A stretch of DNA of 20,385 bases, from the NCBI GenBank assembly GCA_043810925.1, contig JBDRNT010000021.1, positions 1 to 20,385 on the forward strand, in the 5' to 3' direction. Position 1 is the first letter of the stretch; each line of letters begins with the position of its first letter. The stretch comes from Candidatus Eiseniibacteriota bacterium (GTDB taxonomy: Bacteria > Arandabacterota > Arandabacteria > Arandabacterales > Arandabacteraceae). The translations under genes were made by a program, and so were the position numbers. Under the pieces are notes generated by a model. That model saw nothing but the letters and a program-made list of their open reading frames with translations, was not told where the DNA came from and ran no database searches. Positions 15,839 through 20,385 of the stretch are shown here, in pieces.

Positions 15839-17284
15839 ATGGCCAGTCGCAGATCTGTTTTCGCCGTTGTGGCGGTTCTCATGTTGCTTTTGATCCCCCT
15901 AGCTTGCGCCATCAATCCCGTCACGGGCAAGAAGGAATTCATGCTGGTCACGGAAGGCGACGAAATCGCCCTTGGAAAGCAGGCCGATCAGGAAATCGGT
16001 CAGACCTACGGCATCTACGACAATTCAGGGTTGTCGAATTGCGCCAACCGGATCGGTCAAGATATGTCCAAGGTGACACAGCGGCCGAATCTCGAATACC
16101 ATTTCCAGGTGTTGGACACGCCAGTCATCAATGCGTTTGCCGGGCCCGGCGGATACGTCTACGTAACACGTGGCATTATGGCTTACTTTAACGACGAGGC
16201 CGAGCTGGCCGGCGTGATCGGACACGAACTCGGCCATGTGAGCGCCAGACATGTAGCCCAGCAGATTAGCCGCCAGCAGGTTGCCCAGCTCGGGCTCGGG
16301 GTCGGCATGATCTTTTCGGAAGATTTCAGAAAGTACTCCGGTCTGGCCCAGTTCGGCGCGAGCATGCTGTTTCTTAAATTCAGCCGTGACGACGAGCGTC
16401 AGGCAGACGACCTCGGAGTCGAATACGCGAGCAAGGCGGGTTACGACACCAATCGGATGGCTTCGTTTTTTCAGACCTTGGAAAGAGTCAATCCGGGAGG
16501 CAACGGGGCCTTGCCGGATTGGTTCTCAACGCATCCCAATCCGGAGAACCGGATTGCGGCGGTAAACAATGCGACCGAGGAATGGCGCCGGAGACTTGAT
16601 CGTACCCAGTACGCGGTCAATCGTAACGATTATCTGAAAGTGGTTGACGGAATCATATACGGTGACGACCCGCGGCAGGGATACGTGGAGGGCGATGCGT
16701 TTTACCATCCGACTATGGAATTCACCCTTCCGGTTCCAAGCGGCTGGCGGGTTACCAACACGCCTGCACAGGTCCAAGTCCTTTCGGATAAACAGGACGC
16801 CGTGATTCTGCTTATGCTGGACGGTTCCGGGTCTGTCTCTCAGGCGGCAGATCGGTTTGTGCAGGACGCCCATGCCGCCGTGCAGTCGAGGGAACACCTG
16901 GTTGTCAACGGACTTCAAGCTGAAAAGGTCGTTTCGCGGCTGGTGTCCGAGCAAGACACACTTCGGGCCATGTCCTACTTCATTGCCAAAGGCGGAGCCA
17001 TTTACGCTCTCCATGGGCTGACCGGACAGACTGCATTCTCACAGTACTCGCCGACGTTTTCCAGAACATTCGGCGGGTTCAAGAATCTGGACGATCCGTC
17101 CAAGATCAACGTGCAACCCGAGAGGCTCGCTGTCAAAACCGTCACCAAGGCCGGCAGTTTGAGAACGCTCTTGAAGCAATTCGGTACGCCGGAGAGCGAA
17201 CTCGAGAATATAGCCGTCTTGAATGGTATGCAGCTGGAAGACAATGTGAGCGCGGGTACGCTGATAAAGATCGTGGCAAAATGA
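15839..17284 (+). CDS. M48-family zinc metalloprotease lipoprotein
   Basis: Lipobox LAC followed by AINPVTGK; NAFAGPGGYVYVTRG, HELGH, FSRDDERQAD and STHP; LysM-like C-terminal tail. Start placed at ATG 15839. Confidence 0.92.
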   Translation: MASRRSVFAVVAVLMLLLIPLACAINPVTGKKEFMLVTEGDEIALGKQADQEIGQTYGIYDNSGLSNCANRIGQDMSKVTQRPNLEYHFQVLDTPVINAFAGPGGYVYVTRGIMAYFNDEAELAGVIGHELGHVSARHVAQQISRQQVAQLGLGVGMIFSEDFRKYSGLAQFGASMLFLKFSRDDERQADDLGVEYASKAGYDTNRMASFFQTLERVNPGGNGALPDWFSTHPNPENRIAAVNNATEEWRRRLDRTQYAVNRNDYLKVVDGIIYGDDPRQGYVEGDAFYHPTMEFTLPVPSGWRVTNTPAQVQVLSDKQDAVILLMLDGSGSVSQAADRFVQDAHAAVQSREHLVVNGLQAEKVVSRLVSEQDTLRAMSYFIAKGGAIYALHGLTGQTAFSQYSPTFSRTFGGFKNLDDPSKINVQPERLAVKTVTKAGSLRTLLKQFGTPESELENIAVLNGMQLEDNVSAGTLIKIVAK

Positions 17285-17390
17285 TCTCACTTGCTCTCCG
17301 TGATGGTGCGGGCGCATTGGTTGGCAGTGGGCTACTGAGCATAGGATTGGGATCGGTCGCGAGGTCACGAAAGGAGGAAGCGGAGAAGAC

Positions 17391-17558
17391 ATGAATCCAC
17401 TCATCGGTCTTGCCGTTCTGGTGCTGGATGTCGTCGCGATCGTGGATTGCCTCAAGAGGCCCATGGCGACAGGCAAAAAAGCTCTGTGGATCATCTTAAT
17501 CCTGGTGCTGCCAGTGGTCGGGATGATTCTGTATTTCCTGTTAGGCAGAAGAAAATAG
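17391..17558 (+). CDS. PLDc N-terminal-domain small membrane protein (55 aa; absent from the ORF track)
   Basis: Translates as MNPLIGLAVLVLDVVAIVDCLKRPMATGKKALWIILILVLPVVGMILYFLLGRRK, matching the KxxWxxxIxxxPxxGxxxYxxxG pattern; purine-rich RBS. Confidence 0.88.
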   Translation: MNPLIGLAVLVLDVVAIVDCLKRPMATGKKALWIILILVLPVVGMILYFLLGRRK

Positions 17559-17640
17559 AGAGACGAGTTATCACCTGGCCCGGAATCCAATCGGGCAGGC
17601 AGGAAGTGGGCGAGGTCCCAACGAATGTAAGGAGGTCAAT

Positions 17641-18306
17641 GTGAAGACGCTTATCGTATTGAGTTTGGCAGGTTTGTTGATGCTTGGAAATCTCAGCTGC
17701 GGCTGGACTCGAGCAGAAAAAGGGACAGTCATAGGTGCCGGTGCGGGAGGCGCGATCGGCGGTGCCATCGGAAATAAGGCTGGTAACACTGCAGTAGGCG
17801 CGATCCTGGGCGCCGCGGTTGGTGGCGTCGCCGGTGCATACATCGGCGATTACATGGACAAGCAGGCGGCCGAACTGCAAGAGGAACTCGAGAACGCGAG
17901 AATCGAGCGCATTGGTGAAGGCATCAAGGTCACCTTCGATTCAGGGATTCTGTTTGATTTTGACAAATCCACTTTGAGGCCTGCAAGCCAGGAACAGATC
18001 ACGAATTTTGCTCAGGCTCTCACGAAGTACGAGGACACGGACATTTTCATCGCGGGACATACCGATGCTACCGGCTCGGAGGATTACAACATGACATTGT
18101 CCCGCCAGCGGGCGGAGTCGGTCGCGAACTACATGGAGAAGCTGGGCGTGAGCCGGACGCGCTTCACGATAACGGGATTCGGTGAGACCCAGCCCATTGC
18201 GAGCAACGAGAGCAATGAAGGCCAGCAGCTCAATCGCCGTGTCGAAGTTGCAATCTATGCAAACGCCAAGCTGAAGGAAATCGCCGAGGAACAGACCCAG
18301 GGCTAG
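17641..18306 (+). CDS. OmpA-family lipoprotein with glycine zipper (YiaD-like)
   Basis: AAGGAGG RBS, GTG start, LSC lipobox, GAGAGGAIGGAIG zipper, ILFDFDKS, GHTDATG, LSRQRAESV and NRRVE. Confidence 0.94.
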   Translation: MKTLIVLSLAGLLMLGNLSCGWTRAEKGTVIGAGAGGAIGGAIGNKAGNTAVGAILGAAVGGVAGAYIGDYMDKQAAELQEELENARIERIGEGIKVTFDSGILFDFDKSTLRPASQEQITNFAQALTKYEDTDIFIAGHTDATGSEDYNMTLSRQRAESVANYMEKLGVSRTRFTITGFGETQPIASNESNEGQQLNRRVEVAIYANAKLKEIAEEQTQG

Positions 18307-18516
18307 AGCGATCGGAATCGAGCCTTACAGTCTGAACGAGGGTATTGGCGATCTTGGCCAATGGATTCTCCGGGGCATAGGTTAGGGAAATGGAGTTCTT
18401 ATGGGCACCCAAGCCTGACAATACTCTAAAAGGAGGGCAGAGCGTTGTTACGGTGTAGGGGACTGATTGACTCTGCATCACGCTGTGCATTACACCACGA
18501 AAGGGGCGCAGTAGAT

Positions 18517-18951
18517 ATGTTAACACGAACAGCTTTACTCGCTATTGTCATGATGTGTGTCCTGGCTTATGCGGGAGTTGCGGTAGGACAAGACAATCTT
18601 CAAACCTACTTCAACGGCACCGCATGCAAAGTGAAGGCAACGGCCGACCCGTCGCAGAAGCGCGCAATCCTCAGCGAGGGACTTCAGAAGATGTCCAAGG
18701 CGTTGGACATGGTTGAAAGCTCAACGCTGGTCTCGGAAGGCGACCGCGCAGGGATTGATCGCTTCAAAGCCACCCTCCAGGAGAGACAGAATGAGCTCGC
18801 CGGTACGAATGGCTTCGATCGTGTGCCCGATGAGCAACTGAATGCCTTCGCTGATTTCGTCGTCCAGGACATGGAGCAGGCGGACCGGACGGTAAACATC
18901 AGTTTGGTCACACTGCTCTTGATCATAATCATTGTGATCCTGGTCGTGTAG
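18517..18951 (+). CDS. Hypothetical exported helical protein with C-terminal hydrophobic anchor
   Basis: Signal peptide from ATG 18517; ends LVTLLLIIIIVILVV. Confidence 0.75.
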   Translation: MLTRTALLAIVMMCVLAYAGVAVGQDNLQTYFNGTACKVKATADPSQKRAILSEGLQKMSKALDMVESSTLVSEGDRAGIDRFKATLQERQNELAGTNGFDRVPDEQLNAFADFVVQDMEQADRTVNISLVTLLLIIIIVILVV

Positions 18952-18985
18952 TCTCGGCATAGAGTGAGCATTGTCGGCTTTAGGT

Positions 18986-20107
18986 ATGCGAAGCAGGCAC
19001 AACCGATTCTTGACGAGCGCCACCCATGCGTGCTCGATGCCCATAGTGGGCGCCGCTTGCGTGGCGCTCGCGTTGTTGCTGTCTTCGTGCAGCTCAACCC
19101 GCCCCGCCCGCCGTGCAACCCCACTTGTCGAGGAGAGTGCGCCCCCGCCACGCTACTCAATCGTAATTATCATCCACGGCGATGGGGCCTACCTCTATCA
19201 TGATACTGATGGCAATGCGCACAGAGCAGATGAGGAGACTCTCAAGAGAGCCAAAACGGTTGCGGAGCGGAACGCGGAAGCAGAGGTGTTCATCTTTCAC
19301 GAGAGACGCCGGAGGCACTTCCTGCTCTTTTTCCCTGTCCGTGACGGAACCTTCTATTACTACCGGCACGGACGGCTCCTCGCCGAAGAATCATACTGGC
19401 GCGATCAGGGACAATTGCGTTTCGATCCCGAAATGGAGCTCTATAACCGCTTCCGCGTGGAAGAATCACCTGAGCTGGTGAGATTGTTCTTGTACTTCGG
19501 CCACGAAATCCCCGAATTCGGCGGGGCGGGCTACGATGCGTCGTACAAAAATCGGACGTTCGCAATGGATGACCTCGCGGCCGTATTGAGGCACATCACA
19601 CGTGATTCCACGAAGGTTGATCTCGTGGTGCTCTCCACGTGTTTTGGCGGCACCCCCCGCAGCATCGCTGCGCTTGCTCCGTACGCACGATACATCATCG
19701 CTTCTCCCGGCAATCTTCACCTCTCATACTTCGACCTCAGCCCATTTGAGCGATTGGATATCGGTTTGCGAGCCGAGGATGTGTCCAGGTTTGCAGATAC
19801 ATTCGCTCAGCATGCGTTCAACAGGCTGACAGAAGACACACAGACGGCGGTCACTGTCGTCGTGTACGATGTGGATCGCGTCCAGGGATTCTTGAACTCC
19901 GTCGGCAGCATCTACGACGAGGCTTTGACCGCATTGAAGGGGAAAACGCCGGCATCCATTGAGCACTGCGATTGCGCCGAAGATCCTGCGTACGCGTTGC
20001 CGGGGATGAACGAGGGAATAGCGGTACTCTATCGCCCGCCGCGCTTCGGACGCTTAAAGCACAAAGAGAGCCATTCCGGATGGGAATGCTGGAGGCTCTT
20101 GAAATAA
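18986..20107 (+). CDS. Hypothetical lipoprotein, possible clan CD (clostripain/CHAT-like) peptidase fold
   Basis: LSSC lipobox; strand-His motif LFLYFGHE and strand-Cys motif DLVVLSTCFGG followed by ARYIIASP. Start codon uncertain. Confidence 0.6.
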   Translation: MRSRHNRFLTSATHACSMPIVGAACVALALLLSSCSSTRPARRATPLVEESAPPPRYSIVIIIHGDGAYLYHDTDGNAHRADEETLKRAKTVAERNAEAEVFIFHERRRRHFLLFFPVRDGTFYYYRHGRLLAEESYWRDQGQLRFDPEMELYNRFRVEESPELVRLFLYFGHEIPEFGGAGYDASYKNRTFAMDDLAAVLRHITRDSTKVDLVVLSTCFGGTPRSIAALAPYARYIIASPGNLHLSYFDLSPFERLDIGLRAEDVSRFADTFAQHAFNRLTEDTQTAVTVVVYDVDRVQGFLNSVGSIYDEALTALKGKTPASIEHCDCAEDPAYALPGMNEGIAVLYRPPRFGRLKHKESHSGWECWRLLK

Positions 20108-20181
20108 TCCAGCCTTGTGCGAAATGCTCGCATAGGGTCATGCAACCGCACAGCACTTGTTTTCTGTACGGTTTTCTTTTC

Positions 20182-20241
20182 TTAGAATTGCCCACTTTGG
20201 CTGAAGTGTGAAGTTTCATACTCGTCCCGTCGGCCCCGCCA
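20182..20241 (+). repeat. att-like element copy R6 (core 20224-20241, exact tRNA 3' end; degenerate left arm)
   Basis: ATACTC followed by the exact 18-mer; TGGCTGAAG..GAAGTT upstream aligns with R1; minus strand reads WRGRRDEYETSHFSQSGQF*. Confidence 0.88.
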
Positions 20242-20385
20242 CGGATGCCATGCTGCTATCTGTCTCGAGTTTTCTTCGGTGAACCCATACCGATGCACTT
20301 TGACCGGCGAATCGGCCAGCAGTGGTGGAGGGTCACCTTATCGTTCGGAAGCGGTTAGCAGGCGCGTGAAGCGGATACTGGCTTC

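Larger units (their letters stand above)
5180..20241. mobile_element. tRNA-Asp-anchored genomic island / tandem array of six att-bounded units, no integrase in window
   Basis: Bounded by the tRNA 3' end (5162-5179) and an exact 18-nt direct repeat at 20224-20241, with five internal copies; accessory cargo. May extend past the window end. Confidence 0.8.

Noticed and set aside
7600-20241. Repeats as a CRISPR array or as REP/MITE elements
   Set aside because: Spacing is 1.2-6.9 kb with whole genes between copies; there are no cas genes, terminal inverted repeats or target duplications; the core is a tRNA 3' end.
7678-20241. Repeat copies as additional tRNA genes
   Set aside because: Only the last 18 nt match; the upstream arm lacks the TTCGA loop, anticodon arm and 5' acceptor strand.

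Overview
Bacterial, GC-rich DNA with two parts. (1) 1-5041 is a housekeeping amino-sugar/peptidoglycan-recycling operon: murQ (5'-truncated), a sugar ABC binding lipoprotein, two permeases and anmK. It is followed by a tRNA-Asp(GTC) gene at 5102-5179. (2) From 5180 to at least 20241 is an accessory region cut into six tandem units (about 2.5, 1.2, 1.2, 1.6, 1.6 and 6.9 kb) by six same-orientation copies of a ~60-110 bp element. Each copy contains the last 18 nt of the tRNA (GTCCCGTCGGCCCCGCCA, or the variant GTCCCGTATGGCCCGCCA). In five copies the minus strand reads a conserved, stop-terminated peptide tail (WRxxRD[D/E][Y/F]RNFLxSxEC...*); the sixth is degenerate. No integrase is present in the window. 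Cargo is almost entirely exported or envelope proteins: an FlgD/T9SS-CTD protein, two paralogous beta-helix proteins, a serpin lipoprotein, a DUF4185-like protein flanked by a degenerate integron attC, beta-barrels, an M48 protease, an OmpA lipoprotein and small membrane proteins. Best interpretation (inference): an integrase-less, integron-like cassette array built by repeated site-specific insertion at the tRNA-Asp 3' end.
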